From Chrysomallon squamiferum (Eukaryota > Animalia > Mollusca), in NCBI GenBank assembly GCA_012295275.1, contig CM022677.1, positions 10,354,001-10,418,000 on the forward strand: a stretch of DNA of 64,000 bases, given 5' to 3'. This document shows, piece by piece, positions 45,100 through 58,039 of the stretch. The position numbers and the translations under genes are program-made. A model generated the notes under the pieces. It had not been told where the DNA came from and searched no databases. It was given only the letters and a program-made list of their open reading frames with translations. Each line of letters starts with the position of its first letter. The first letter of the stretch is position 1.

Positions 45100-47400
45100 C
45101 AACATCGTGGAAAAACAAAATAAATACTAGAAAACATAAAGTCATGTTTAAGACATTTTCTTTGCCACTTGAAGATGGCTGCAATCCATGGCTACAATCT
45201 CAATAGGTCTGGTAGCAATACGATGTCCCAAAGGTAGTTTCGGTTTGAGTTGTGGCAGTTTAGCCACCACACACCTTTCACACTCTTTACACCATTGTTC
45301 CACATCTTTGTGCACTGCAAGCCAGCAACATCTTATTCTAATAAGACTCATGCTTCTTTCAAAACCCTGGTGTCCTGTCTGATTGTGTAAACTCTCTTCT
45401 TCATCATTCCTGGTAGTACAGTCTGCTGCATACTTGCCAAGTTGGGGTCCTTTACTTTTCTGTAAAGTACTTTATTTTCAAGAAATAATCTGTCCCATTG
45501 CCAGATTAGTGTGAAGAAACCTGATTATTCTAATCTTCTCTGCATGGTAGCCATGTAATGCAGCAATGAATGATATTTCACATCAAAATCAAATTCTGCC
45601 TGCTGAGAGCCCCATGTTTATTCCACTGCACCTTTAATTTATGCTCCTTCGGGCGAAGCCTAAGCACCTTTGGGTTAAAAGTACTTTTGGACTTTTGACC
45701 AAAAAGTCAAAAGCCAGTAATGAAGATATAATGTCACAAATTAACAATTTAAAATATAACATCTCAAAAAAATAAAAACATACATTTTGATCAAAAAGCC
45801 CCAAAAGCCAAAAGCCAGTCTGAGTAACTCTGTTTTTGTTACAATCACAAGAGTAAGGTTGAAATTACTCTTGTGTGTAAAAAAACCCAGTTGATCAGAT
45901 TTTGTGTTATCAAGATGACTTTGTGGATTGTTGTCTGTATATGTAGTAAATTGATGTATGAGAAAATAATTTTCTATCTTTTCAGTCACTGCTCATTTCA
46001 GACCAACAAGCTCTAATTTCATGGTACTGTAATTATTCATGTTTCTCTCAGTGGGTCTGAAGCTCTGTTTAGCATATGTAATTTCTTACCTTTGCCCATT
46101 CTGCTCCTGTGACAGTACTGTTCCCACTCCCTGAACACTTGCAGCAGTTTCCACAATGAAAAGTTCACTGAAATCAGTGTTTCCTGATACTGGAGCTGAA
46201 GTTAACGTCTCTTGACAACTCTCGTACCAAGCACCCTTTAACAATGCTTGATTTTTCTTATCTCAGAACCTGTTCACCAAAGAATGCAAAGGTCCAGCAG
46301 TAACCGAGGATCCTTTAATGTATCATCTGAAGTATCAGGCAAACTTCAAAAATGACATCAGGTCCTTTGGTGTCTTTGGAACTTCCCATTCAAGAACAGC
46401 CTTTATTTTCTCTGGATCTGTAACAACCCCATCTCTAGACATCACGTCCTATTTATTACACTTCTTTCTTAAGGAAACAGCCTTAGATTAGTTTTAGTTT
46501 GAGCCTATGCTGTTTTAAAATTTTAAATACCTCTTCTAGTTTATCTGTGCACACACAAGAAAAAGAACACAGAAATATCTGCTCTCTAAAGTCTTTGAAA
46601 TGTGGCTGGTGCTCCTGATAAACCAAACGGCATATGATTGTATTCAAACAAACCCATTGGAGTGATGAATGCAATTTTGTCTTTGTTTTTATCCTCAACT
46701 GCAACTTGGTTGTATTCACTAGACATATCAGTGTAGTGAACCAATTTGCTCTGTGCAAAGCATCTAATGACTCTTCTATTGTAGGTAGTGGAAAGCAGTC
46801 TTTCCTAGTTTTAGCATTCAGCCACCTGTAGTCCACACACAGATGAATTGTGTTGTCTGTTTTTCTCACAATAGGAGATGAATATGGGCTGTGGGTGGGT
46901 CAAATTACATCTTGTGTTATAAGTTTCTTGATCAGCTCCTTGGCTTTCTGATACTGACTGTGTGTAACTCTTCTGTACGGTTGTGACACTGGGATGTTAT
47001 CAGTTGTGCATATGTGATATTTTACAGTGTCAGTAAACCCAAATCAAGGTCTTCTTTAGCAATTACATCAGTTAAGTATTCTCTTTAACATCAGAGTATT
47101 TGTTAAGTATTCTTTCTAACTTTTTCTTCTGCTCATCGGAGATATCAACTTGAAATCTGTCAAATTCTGTAATCTGCTCCATGCAAAACTCTTCTCCTTT
47201 TCCTGTCTTTCTAAATTTTACCTCCATGTTATTTATTGACTGAGGCTCTTCTACTTCTACCACTGATGACAAAATGCCCACTCTAGTTCTTCGTTTCAGC
47301 CAAATAGCTGTAGACCCTATTTTACAGCACAAACTCAAAAGACTTGATAACCAAGCTCACTATCAAGTTAAACAGTAGTTAGATTAATTCATAGTTTACA
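45100..47400 (-). mobile_element. Decayed Ty3/Gypsy LTR retrotransposon pol (RT, RNase H, integrase Zn-finger)
   Basis: RKTDNTIHLCVDYRWLNAKTRKDCFPLPTIEESLDAL (RT), YTDNNP (RNase H) and VEQWCKECERCVVAK...RPIEIVAMD (integrase H2C2/core start) occur in Gypsy order. It is frameshifted and no LTRs were recognised. Confidence 0.92.
45636..45899 (-). mobile_element. Short non-autonomous Helitron/Helentron-like insertion inside Gypsy RNase H
   Basis: It splits the SHL..K|GAVE.TW..AEFDFDVKY motif. On the minus strand it begins with TC after an A and ends in a CTTCG-CC-CGAAG hairpin followed by GAGCATAA. Confidence 0.5.
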
Positions 47401-48449
47401 GTTTTGTTTTTGTCACAGTCTACTGAGTAACAAGAGGCTCACCTGGTTTTTGACACTGAAATCTGGGTGACTTTCTAGAATCTTGCACATTATTTTAGCT
47501 GAAAAACTAAAAATGCAAAGATCCCTGTAAAACCAGGAAACAAAAATTATTTAAATATTTTCACATGAGCAAGCCCTTGATTATCATCTTAAATTTTGTT
47601 ATTAACATAACTACTTATAAACAAACATGTTAATAAAGTTTGAACAAAACATTTACCACTAATAGGATTACTTATAACTTATATTTAAAAATTAAGTTAT
47701 AACAGTATATTGTTATGAACTAAGCTTTATGTCTGTACTTAACATGTTAATAACGAAGTGTAATAATATAGTGTTATTAACTGTTTATACTTTGTACTTT
47801 CTATTATTTAATAAATAATATAGAACAATCTATTGGGACACTTCTGTTTAGAATATTTTACAGTGACACTGGTTTAAGTAAACTACTGATACTGGTAACA
47901 AAACAGTTTTTATTTAAATGTTCAAACTAATTCAAATGGTAGAACTGTTATAATTACATTACTCAGTAGTGTTTGCTGACACAGATAGGAGTGTTGACAT
48001 CGGCACCAGCGTCACACAACAACACCACCAATGTGAAATCTTTTAGACATGTTGAAATATATGAGGGCATTGAGAATTCTAAAATAGTATATATTATTTA
48101 AAAACAAATAAAAATATAGCTATATATGTTTAGTAAAGTGTGTGGATACTGAGAATTCTGCAATAGTAAATATTAGTTATTTTGTTCTTGATGTAAAATC
48201 ATGTGGTGGGAAGCTGACAGCAGTATAGAGTTCAGTATTTCTAAATTATTAATTATTTTTATCTTTAGTTTAGTTTATTTTTATTTCCAAAATATACAGA
48301 AACAGTGAGATATGTGTACATTTCCAGATTTCTAAATAGAACATAATTTAACTAAATGTTTTTTATTGATACAGTGTCAGAACAATCTATGGACTGATAT
48401 TATAAAATACAGAATCATTAATTTAAACTATTACAAAGATTTAAACTTA

Positions 48450-49935
48450 CGATGTTTTTAAGTTTTTACAATAATGAGAAGTACACGAATAACATTAGGA
48501 ACAACATAAATACACATCATACATCTCTAAACAAATATGAATAATAGTTATCAGGAAGCACTAAAGAATAATGAGAAACCATGTCATTACAATGGCAAAC
48601 AAAGCGACACAACTTGAAATAATAATAATATATTTTAATATAAGATGTGCACACAATTAACAGAAGGCACAACAGAACAAATAAAAGTACACCTGTAACA
48701 TCAAGCAGAACACAGATATGAGGAAACGATGGTGCCATTAATAGAAATACTAATAATATATTTTGAGACGGGATGAGAACTGATGACAAGTGCGTCAATA
48801 ACAGTATGAAATATGCCGTTACATCATTAATATAAAGAATAATACTATATTGTGAGACAGGATTAGCCCTGTCACAAGTAAGAAAAATAAAAACAAGAAG
48901 TACACAAAAACGCAGGTATGATGGCAAAGTCAGCGACATTAATAGTAATATATTTAAATGCTCACAGAAAGCAAGACTAACTATTAATAGAAAGCACAAA
49001 AGAAACAGCAATATGATCAAGAAGAACACACATGCAACAGCAACGTTAATACAAATAATAATAATCAATTTCAACAAAGGATGCACACACTGAAAGTGAG
49101 ACTAACTAACAATAGAATAAGTAGAACTAACCATTAACTTGAGACAGGATGTGTACACTGTCACAAGTAAGAACAACAAAAAACAGAAGTACACCGAAAC
49201 ATTAAGAACAATGAAGTTAGACAGCAATGTCAGCAATATTAATAGTAATATATTTAAATGTAGGACGCAACTCTCAGAAAGAAAGAATGATAGTTACTAA
49301 AACACTGAAAATAATAAAGAGAAGTACACAACGTTATTCTAATAAGATTCATTTATTTTAACAGAGGATGTGCACTCTAAGAAAACAATGATGGTGATGT
49401 TAATAGAAATAAGAATAATATATTTTTTTTAAACACTAGATAATAAGGAGAAATACACGAGTAACACTAGGAACAATGCCAGTAGGATCACAACAACAGC
49501 AGCCTTAATAGAAATACTAATAATATATTTTAATTATCACTGAAAGTGAGTTTAAGAATTAACAGAGAATAAATAAAAGTACACAACATCGAGGAGAACA
49601 CAGATGTGACGCAACGATGGGGACGTTAACAGAAATAGAACAACATATTTTTAAATACCAGGTGCACACTAAGAATGCAAGAATAATTTTAATAACAAGT
49701 GAAAAAGAATAATGAAAAGTGAACCTTAAGAAAAACAGAGATACAATGGCAACGAGAGCGACATTAACAGAAATAGTAATACTACACTTTAATGCAACAC
49801 TAAGAAAGTAAGAATAGTTATTAAAATGCTCAAATTAATAAAGAAAGCTTACATTAATTCTAATAAGAGTAACACATTTCAATATAGGATGTGCACACTA
49901 AGAAAGCAACGACGGCGACATTAACAGAAATATGT
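48450..49935 (+). repeat. Diverged satellite array, same family as 37800-39150
   Basis: Repeated CAACGA(T/C)GG.GAC(A/G)TTAA.AGAAATA and GGATGTGCACAC motifs. Confidence 0.85.
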
Positions 49936-50880
49936 ATTAAATGGGTAAGATAAAAATCCATGTTGGTCTATATCAGTAGATATCTCAACTGTTTGAAGTA
50001 ACCTTTATATTCTTCTCCATATTTTTATAACTGAAGATGATTCCAGAATCATGTCTTTCCTGTAGATACAATAATAATAAATTATTATCTAAATCTTAAC
50101 ATTATTTCATTGACTATTTCTTACCTATTCCAGGCTAGAAGCGTATGATTAATGTGCACAATAAAATCTTCAGGAAGAAATATTTCAGTCATGGAAAATT
50201 ATTATAAATTATCAATGAATTATACTTTAACAATGTTTTAATATTGACTTTTTTATCTGGATATGATGGTAACATTCAGAAGAAGCAAAAATAACTTTTA
50301 AAAAGGTAAATGCTTTGCCTGCAACAAACCTTACAATTAATGAGTTAAAACCTTGATTAAAAATATAATTTTTATAGGCGTGCATTACAGAGAACAAAAT
50401 AAACAGAATTCTACCATTCTGAGAAATAAAAATAAAGTAAAAAACTTACAACTTGGAATTGTGCAGTCTGAAGTGTCTGTACATTCATCCTTCTCCATAA
50501 TGTAAATTCCCTTTCTAGACAGCAACTGAACAATACTGCCATGACTACATAAAATATTTAACATCAATGGTAAACAAAGCTTTTGGTAATTCCAACATGA
50601 ACATGATGCTTTATTTATAAAAAAAAAATTTTATCGGTCTGATAAATGGTATTTATATTGTATATTTCTCTGTCTCTCTCTCTCACACACACAAACTAAC
50701 AAAACATACCCTGCCACTGTTGAGAGGTTTCTGAAAACATTCTAACACAGGCCTGACATTACGTGACACCAGACCATTGCTTGGATGATGTTTCTTTAGT
50801 CTCTTGTATTCCTTTTCTGGAAAATGGCCTGGATTTGTGTGATGCTGATGCAGGGGTCTCTACATTTCATGATGCACTGG

Positions 50881-52575
50881 CATAGATGAGAACAGCCTGA
50901 CAAAAAAAATCAGGAAGATATTTTTATAAATCTGTCGCTGGTGGGTTGGCAAGGGGGGCATCCGCCCTCGCAATGATTTTATTTTTTTATCAGTTTTTAG
51001 TTTGTTTAGCAGCTCTGTGCTCCAAGGTTGTTTTACCACCTACAGTTCTGTTCACTGGTTCTGCCATGAATATTGTTTATGATGCTATAGATCCTTTCCC
51101 TTCCTACCATGGAGACTTTAGAAAGGAGTGTTGCAACAACTGGGGTATAAGCAACTTTTAGGCCACCACTGGTAGGTACTCAGGCAAAATAGAAGTTTCT
51201 TAGTGCATTCAGCTTTGGCAAGTTCTTTGACAGCACCTGATATACATAAAGCCACTGATGTGCAACTCATTCGGCAGGCATTGTGTAGCTTATTCCAAGA
51301 ATGAAGCATACCTCTTGGAATGACTTGCATATATCTGGGCTCCACTTAAAATCCATGTGCAAGTCATCCATCAGACCTTCAACTATATGCCAAAAATGCA
51401 CTCAGAATTTCTGAACACTGTTTTGACAGATATCACCATCAATGTCACACAGATGGGGAAACCTTTTCTCTCAACAGGGTTTCAAATCTGGCATGTTTTC
51501 CTCTCATATAATTTGTAGAATCTGACAAATTGGATATTAGGTTTGTTAGTGAAATTTGGTACCTCTCAAAAGTTTTCAAGACAAAATCCAGAAGTTTCTG
51601 GGCATTCACAACTGTCACACGAAGTGTTTGACTACAGCCTCTTGCTGTGACTCAGAGAAGTAGCTAACTAATGTAGAGAGCACCGTTTTGTTGTTGTCCA
51701 TATTCATCAGAAAGAAACTTTGTTTCAAGTCCTTCAGTAGCATCTTGTGAGACAAAGTACCAAGTCCTACTCATCTTATAAGATGCAGTGGCACGATGCA
51801 TACATGATACGGCATCCACTGCCTTTTTATCTCTAGCAATTTCTTTAGCACATTCTATGATTTTGGAGACCGTGCTCAATGGCAGGGAATTCTGAGTAAA
51901 TGACAACGTAAAGGCCTTCAGGTGAGCATTCCAATCAGTTACTCTGACAAAGGTGCAGCACAGGATTTGAAACTGCCTTACCACTGCCACAGTTCTGGGG
52001 AGCACCATATGGAATTGCAGCAGTTTCCTGCCAAACATGAATGTCAATATCACCATCTTCCATTGCCTGTGTCGATGTGGATTGTGAGGAGTGTCCTGCC
52101 TGGCATTCTGAATGTCAATATGCTTTGTTTCTTTGTGTCTGCTTTTAGGTCGGCTTTGCCACTACTCAAATTACAAAACCCAGCATGTCAACCTTTCTCA
52201 AATACTCACTCAAGAAATCACGGTTTTCATCTTGTTCTTCCAACCATGTCCACTGAAACTTATTCTTATACTCCGAAGCATTCCAGCTGGCAGTTCAGTC
52301 AGTTATTTTGTATGACATCATAAATTGTCTATTCACAATGAAATTTCAATAATAAAAATGCAGAGCTGCCATTCATGCATGCCTGCCATTGTTTACACTG
52401 CGCACAGATCCTGCACACTTACGTCTCACAAAGTAAGTTAAAACATGGCTGCAGCCATGCATTGGCATGGGCACTGCCATGTTGGTTCAATGGTTGAATT
52501 TTGACCATATCCTGAAAAAAATCAGTCAAATCAAAAATCAGGAATTCCGGATAAATAGGAAGATTGTCATCTATG
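50881..52575 (-). mobile_element. hAT DNA transposon, internally deleted, with TIRs
   Basis: TIRs are CATAGATGAGAA (50881) and TTGTCATCTATG (52575). Subterminal CCTGA..AAATCAGGAA motifs occur at both ends. Transposase relics KNKFQWTWLEEQDENRDFLSEYLRKVD and SLPLS..KIIE.AKEIARD.KA...MHRATASYK are present. The flanks share ACTGG (degenerate TSD). Confidence 0.82.
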
Positions 52576-53253
52576 AGACTGGTCACATTCAGTTGTCTGA
52601 ATCAGGTAAAGGACTAGCTTGGTCCTTCTAATTGTCAATGTGACGAGACATGAATGTTGCCTTCCTGAGTCTCATCTTATTCTGCTGCATCTACAGCTTC
52701 TGTTTTCTTCTCTCTCTTTTCTTTATCTTCACATCCAGCTTCGTCTTGTCACTGGAGGGATCTAGAATCTGTGGCTACAATGAGAGCTAGCTTTGTCACT
52801 TAGGTTGTTGGTGGAGGTTGTGGTGGTGGGTGCAGTGCTCTCAGTGATATGGTAGCCAGTGATGCTGTCTTCCTAGCATTGTAAAAGAAAATGAATTATA
52901 ATAAAGATTAAAAAAATAATAATAATAATAAAAAAATCACATAATAGTAATAAAAAGGAGTAGTAGTAATATACTAAGAAGAAGATAAAAAAAGAAGGAA
53001 GTACAACACAACAAAACAAAATGTAAATAGATAAATTAAAATTGACGGCCAATTTCCTTTCTGAAACTTTTGTCGATAAATATCGTGGTGACTGATTCTG
53101 GAATTTTTTTCTTTTTCTTTTTCTCATATGTAATTCCACCAAAGTAACCCCACTGATATTTAATGCTTCCACTTTTTAGATGTCTCCACAGTGTGATGTC
53201 ACATGTTTAGTGAAAGTCGGTCCACAGTTGACGTCACTTAGTTTGTAACTGTA

Positions 53254-56200
53254 TTGAATTTAAATGTAGTGTTATCGGGCACCAGTTTAATTAAAATGGA
53301 ATCCATTCATGTGGAAACGTTTAAAAAAGGGGATTTTTCCAATGGCTTTTGGTTCAAAGTAAATGTAAACAAAAAAATATCAAAACTACAATGCAAAGTT
53401 TGTACTGAAAACATAAAGGCACTAAGAAATGAAGCCATGTTAAGACATGTAACTGTTAAGTTGCTTGGCAGATTACCTGCCTATATCGATGGCATCACAG
53501 ACTACATACACAAAACAAATGTGCAAAGGCATATGAAAACAGGTAGCCTTCAAAACTATGCAAAAAAGAAATTTTCACAAAACAGTTCAGACTCTCAAAC
53601 AAATTCAGCTTCTGATAGTTTGAAAGTAAATAGTAATGTTACATGTTCTAATTCTAATGGAAAATTATTTGAAAAACCCCAGTAAAAACAATATAAGAAT
53701 CACTGTAGGTAACAGGCCCTAGCTGACACAGTACTTTTCCACTCAACCACTTGTCAGATCCTCTGTAGTTCTTCACTTGTACTGAATCTCCAACATTGAA
53801 CACCAGTGTTAGATTTGCTTTTGGAATAGTTCTCTTTTTAACAGAGTTCTACAAACTTGGATGCAAGATATCCAATCTCGTTCGAACACGTCTGCTAAGA
53901 AACAATTCTGATGGAGTACATTTTGTAGTACAGTGCAGAATGTTCCGATACGCAAACAAGAACGATGAAATCTTCTGGTTCATGGTTCGTGACTCATGTT
54001 CAACTGTTTTCATTGCAGTTTTGAAAGTACAAACAGCTCTTTCTGCCTCACCATTTGAACTTGGATGGTATGGAGCTAATTTGATGTGTTTCACTCCATT
54101 TTTCTTAAGAAATGTTTCAAATTTCTCTGCAACAAACTGAGGTCCGTTATCAGATATCAACTGAATCTCCAACATTGAACACCAGTGTTAGGCTTTTTGG
54201 AATAAGTTCTCTTTTTAACAGAGTTCTACAAACTTGGATGCAAGATATCCAATCTTTCGAAATGTCTGCTAAGAAACAATTCTGATGGAGTACATTTTGT
54301 AGTACAGTGCAGAATTGTCTCATAAACAAGAACGATGAAATCTTCTGGCATTGACAATAACAAAAGCTCTTTCTGCCTCACCATTTGAATCCATTTTTCT
54401 TAAGAAATCTCTGCAACAATAACTTGCGAAGAGATTTCTCAATTGTCTCTACTGCATGCGTTGCTCTGGTACTGGACATATGAAAAACTTCCATCCATTT
54501 AGAATGTGCATCCACCAGAATCATGAACATTTCTTTCATGAATGGTCCAGTAAAATCTAAATGTATTCTCTGCCATGGTTTGGTGGGCCAAATCCATGCA
54601 TTAGCTGTACTTTTTGGCATGACTGTTTGTTGTAGTTGGCAACAATTACACTTGCTAACGTTCTGTTCTATGTCAATATCCATATGAAGCCACCACACAT
54701 GCAATGTAGCCAAAGATTTCATTTGCACAATTCCAGGATGATTTTCATGAAGATAATAGAGAAAATGTGTTTGGTATTTATCAGGAATAATCACTTGCAT
54801 TCCTCTGAGAAGACAAGGTTCCTCCACTGTTAATTCATCTTTCACTCTGAAATACGGTAACAGCTCAGGTGAAATAGAAGATTCTTTTGAACATCCATAC
54901 ATGTTATAATGTACAACATGAGATAACACCTTGTCGACTTCAGTTGCTTTTGCAAAATTTCTTGCAGTGATAGGTAATCCATTGACTTGATTTCTCATTG
55001 TTTGCTTGTCTTCATGCCAAAACACACTTTCAGATATTTCTTCAGTTTGCAGAAGTGGTAGTCGGGACAATGCATCAGCATTTCCATTTTTGGTAGTTTT
55101 TCTGTCTTATTGTCAAACTAATATGTGGCTAACTGAATAGCCCAATGCTGTAGTCGAGAAGCTGTCAGAACAGGAATATTCTTTTTAGGTCCACTGGTTT
55201 ATGATGTCAGTGGTTTATGGTTGTACCATACAGGTACTGATGGAACTTGTGTATTCCAAAGATTATTGCCAGTGCTTCTTTCTCAATCTGGGAATACTTG
55301 CGTTCTGCTGATGTCAGATTTCTAGAAGCGTATGCTATTGGCCTATCCGATCCTTCATTTCCATGTTATTACCACTCCAACACCATGTGCAGATGCATCT
55401 ACTGCCAACAATCCTGGTTTCATCGAGTCACAGTGGTCAAGAATTTTAGATGATGCTAACAGTTTTCCCACTTTGGAAAATGCTTGGTGACAATCATTAC
55501 TCCATTTCCACTCTGTATCTTTGGTTAACAACGCTGTTAGTGGTGCTACCACTGTTGACATGTTAGGTACAAACTTGCGATAGTAATTCACAATACCTAA
55601 TCAAGATTGCAATTCACTCTTGTTCTTAGCTTCAGGCACTTTCAGAATAGCTTCAACTTTTCTTTCTGGCATCGTCTATATCATTTGCCAACAGCTACTG
55701 TTCCAAACGTTCAATGTAGTCATCCCAATCAGAACTTTCTAGGTCAAACTCTTTAACTTTACCATAGGTAGCCATTTTTCATAAACAGTTAATTTCAAGA
55801 AACAGTTCCACAAGTGTTATGTTTTAACATTAAAACATAAAATTCATTTCAATTTCCAAACAGTTTATTTCATTTCAAAATGGCTATGAACAAAAACTAA
55901 CATATGCTCCCATTGACATGATATAATACTATGTCCCTTATTCTGGTTCCCCTAAACATTGTAAACTGTAAAAATGTTAACCATAACACCATTTAGATAC
56001 AACAGTGATCTGCCATTTCCAGTTACTCTCAGCAAAGATGGTCACAAGGCAACCATTACAGCAGAGACTACCAACCTGACAGCAAATGTAAGATTCAAAC
56101 AAGATAATTAGTTGAGTAATAAGCAAAAACAACAAACTGAAAAATAAAATAAAAGTTTGTTCTGAACCATGTTCACCAGGGACGAGAGACTGAAACAGCA

Positions 56201-57270
56201 ATTTCAACACAGCTGATTAAATGAATGGATTCTTTCAATGACCATATCTTCAAGGCAATGAATATAGCTGATCACACTCAATGGCATATATCTGATCCAA
56301 AATATGGCTTGGAACAAATTAAACTGTTATCTAAACATCTGGCTGAAAGCATAGTTTACCACACCTTTGCTCTCGATATGGCTGTTGCTGAATGGATGGG
56401 TTTAAAGAAACTTGTGGCAAACCAATTCATTCACTCCAAAGTAAACAAGGCATGTGATGTCAAATATTCATCAACTGTATATCAACACATTCTTCTTGTT
56501 ACTGAAATCATCTTGGCGGTTGCACTTGCTAATGTGAGTGTTGAGACGGGCATAAGTGCTCTCAATCAGCAGTTGACAAATACCAGGTTGAACATGTCCA
56601 ATTCTACACTGGATGATTTGCTGGTGATTAGAACGAACCTTTCTGCACTTATAAGCTGTGACCCTTCATATGAACAAAAACTTACAGAAATAGTGGTTTC
56701 CCTGTAGAAAAAGACCAGCATCTTGTACAATAGACAACAACCTGATTGTAGACTCATTGTCAGACTCACAAGACACACATTTACCTGTGTCCTCTTCAGA
56801 TGTGATAAAAATAACCTGCAATTAACTAATGTGTGTTGAGTTTCTTGCTACTACAACATCAGATTCAGCAGACTTGGTTGATGCTTGATGTAAAACAGTT
56901 GATACTACAGACACTGATGACAGTGACAAGTCACAGTGCTAACTAAAACAAATTCATCATTCAGATTCTCATATCACTAACGTTTCATGAGTTAACTAAA
57001 CAATAAAAACAACACAAATTGTCATTATTTGTTTTATTGTATTGTTTAGTTATTAAATATAGAACACTATACCTATACACAAAGTATTAACAAATGTGAG
57101 CAGTGATACGGATAAATAACAAATATATTACACTGTTCACCACGCATGTGTGTAAGGGATTTCACAACAATAATAATGCGAGTCATAAACTTGATAAATT
57201 TGTGGTAATGTATAGATTACCAGGTCCTGTTTTGTGGTAACCTTTACATTTTCCTTATTTTGATGCCTGC
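53254..57270 (+). mobile_element. hAT (ZNF862-like) transposase remnant disrupted by a nested Gypsy element
   Basis: An N-terminal Zn-finger-like segment (LQCKVC...HKTNVQRH) lies at 53254-53685. A C-terminal hAT dimerisation domain (EIILAVALANVSVETGISALN..LTNTRLNMSNSTLDDLLVI) lies at 56225-56707. The putative right TIR is TTATTTTGATGCCTG ending at ~57269. Confidence 0.75.
53700..55800 (-). mobile_element. Decayed Gypsy (K02A2.6-like) retrotransposon: gag start, RNase H, integrase
   Basis: Gag MATYGKVKEFDLESSDWDDYIERLEQ (ATG at 55775), [64 protein letters not shown] and PYHPSSNGEAERAV. Confidence 0.95.
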
Positions 57271-57725
57271 AGACAAATACTGTACAAACACAGAACTGAC
57301 AGAATTCAGACCTAGTACATTCATAGGTTTATACTGTATCAGTTGAAAATGTTGTAATACATATGGGTTTGATGAAACACATAATGTCTACCAGGTACAT
57401 TATCCATAGATACAGATGTAAATAGTTTTGGATGTCTTAGTTTTATTCATCTTTATTAGTTTTTAATGTTAACATAGAGTTATACAGTTATTTAGCTTTA
57501 ATAATATGAAAGAATTTAGGGCCCCACCTATTATAACCTTTAATATGGTTAAAAAAAATCATTTAAATATGTTTAATAATGTATAGAGCAAGTCAGCAAT
57601 TTAACATAAATCTTTAAAAATACTAGATCATAAATAACCTGACAGAAAATAACCTGTCAAAGAAAATTAATATATTTTTTTAATTGTTTTATTATTCTAT
57701 TTAAAAAAATAAATGAAAAAAAATA

Positions 57726-57766
<41 letters not shown>

Positions 57767-58039
57767 AAATTTAAAATTCTCAGTGAGTTGTTGAGTTATT
57801 TTCTTTTAAAATAAATTTAATTACTAGCCTCTCAAAATTTGTCCGATAGGCTGATACATCATTTAGTAATTGGTAAAACAAAATTAAAGACTAAACATTG
57901 TTTCTTGTTTATATGACGTTGTTTATGCTGTTTACATTAGTAAAACCACTGGTGAATTTTATTAATAATCGAGAGTCGTTATTTGAAAATTTTAAAAAAA
58001 AATTAAAATATGTAATAAATAAATAAATAAATAAATAAA

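Larger units (their letters stand above)
42600..52872 (-). pseudogene. Second unidentified multi-exon pseudogene (possibly ankyrin-containing), interrupted by transposons. Relic exons ~52576-52872 + 50710-50880, 50452-50545, 50003-50060, 47443-47525, 44250-44490, 43529-43893, ~42600-42990
   Basis: Coding-like blocks have minus-strand splice sites and many stops. HGSIVQLLS and CKILESHPDFSVKNQ resemble ankyrin repeat ends. That these exons belong to a single gene is inferred. Confidence 0.4.

Noticed and set aside
48517-49086. 189-aa hydrophobic membrane protein ORF
   Set aside because: It is the reverse-strand translation of the A-rich satellite.
53796-55453. Plus-strand ORFs 53796-54140, 54636-54833 and 55247-55453
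   Set aside because: They are antisense shadows of the Gypsy pol sequence.
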